A stretch of 60,795 nt of DNA, the filler included, from Stramenopiles sp. TOSAG23-2 (lineage: Eukaryota): the NCBI GenBank assembly GCA_900128395.1. It is 47 parts of 47 records of this genome, joined end to end, with 100 filler letters (N's around TTAATTAATTAA, not from the genome) between each part and the next. Parts side by side here need not be neighbours in the genome. Positions count along the whole stretch, not along the records: positions 56,440 to 60,795 come from LT650920.1; 46 more parts are not named here. The stretch is one strand, 5' to 3'. Shown one piece after another: positions 60,046 to 60,795 of the stretch. The stretch's first letter is position 1, and each line of letters starts with the position of its first letter. The notes under the pieces are model-generated. The model ran no database searches. It saw only the letters and a program-made list of their open reading frames with translations, and was not told where the DNA came from. A program made the position numbers and the translations under genes.

Positions 60046-60581
60046 TTTAAATATAAATTTCCTGTGCATGCTGGCAAAAGTAAAGTAAGAAATCAAAAAT
60101 GAAAATAAATGGCTACTTAAATTCCAATATAATATCCTTAGCATAATGTTATTTATATTATATTTTAACTGTAATTGTCAAGTTTAAATATAAATTTCCT
60201 GTGCATGCTGGCAAAAGTAAAATAAGAAATCAAAAATGAAAATAAATGGTTACTTAAATTCCAATACCCGACACATTTTTAGCAAGACAGAACGAACTGT
60301 TTTAATTGATTTACACACAATTTCTCTTCTTCGTTCAGTAACCATTTCGTTTATTTAATTTTTATGTCATCAAATTTAATAACGAATTAAAAAAAAAACA
60401 ACAACAACAAAAAGACGATATATAATTTTACACACATTTTCTCTACTATATATATACACAGTAACCATTTCGTTTATTTAATTTTTATGTCATCAAATTT
60501 AATAACGAATTAAAAAAAAAACAACAACAACAAAAAGACGATATATAATTTTACACACATTTTCTCTACTATATATATACA
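60046..60581. repeat. Two near-identical duplications (60046-60127/60183-60266 and 60336-60458/60459-60581)
   Basis: Copies differ only by SNPs or homopolymer length. Confidence 0.88.
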
Positions 60582-60597
60582 GATGAAAACAAAAAAA

Positions 60598-60795
60598 ATG
60601 ATGAACGTACATTACAATCATCTTTTTATTATTATCAGTCTGATTTTCATTACAATTATCTCCAATTTTATTGCCGCCAATGCGCAATCAACGGCAATTA
60701 CGGCAGATATGAAACAATTAACGATGTTTGCTGCAAATAGTGGCTCTATGCCAAGGCTAGGAAAGATAATTACACCAACGGAGATCGTTCACCAT
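60598..60795 (+). CDS. Secreted protein start with signal peptide; truncated by the window end
   Basis: MMNVHYNHLFIIISLIFITIISNFIAANA|QST...; open to the end. Confidence 0.7.
   Translation, partial: MMNVHYNHLFIIISLIFITIISNFIAANAQSTAITADMKQLTMFAANSGSMPRLGKIITPTEIVHH

Overview
This window is not a continuous locus. It is a concatenation of 47 unrelated contigs joined by 46 artificial 100-nt linkers (N44-TTAATTAATTAA-N44, stops in all six frames). The first 46 contigs are size-sorted (about 1137 down to 1120 nt) and the last is longer (56440 to the end), so gene neighbourhood across linkers means nothing. Most contigs come from an AT-rich, intron-poor eukaryote using the standard code, with GT-AG introns, CTAAC branch points and PTS1 signals. 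The gene style suggests a marine protist, possibly a stramenopile single-cell or metagenomic assembly (inference). Recognisable genes or fragments: peroxisomal SDR, Rab2, LCB2, phosphoserine phosphatase, PiT/PHO4 transporter, eIF4H-like RRM, CLASP-like, SWC6-like, RhoGAP, Kelch, IPT/TIG giant protein, DUF1769, and a TerD-TerD-C2 protein. The most interesting biology is a scattered set of immunity/cell-death-like modules: an MLKL-like four-helix-bundle + coiled-coil + NACHT NLR, a HET/TIR-like domain with hypervariable near-identical TPR repeats, a coiled-coil CHAT protease, an XK-scramblase-LRR fusion and a non-RD kinase. Also present are a giant-virus-like contig, a compositionally foreign CKK contig, nested TTAA-targeting MITEs and CpG-depleted relic DNA. 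Artefacts are common: an Illumina adapter, inversion chimeras and frameshifting tandem duplications. All family calls come from motif recognition by eye; no searches were run.
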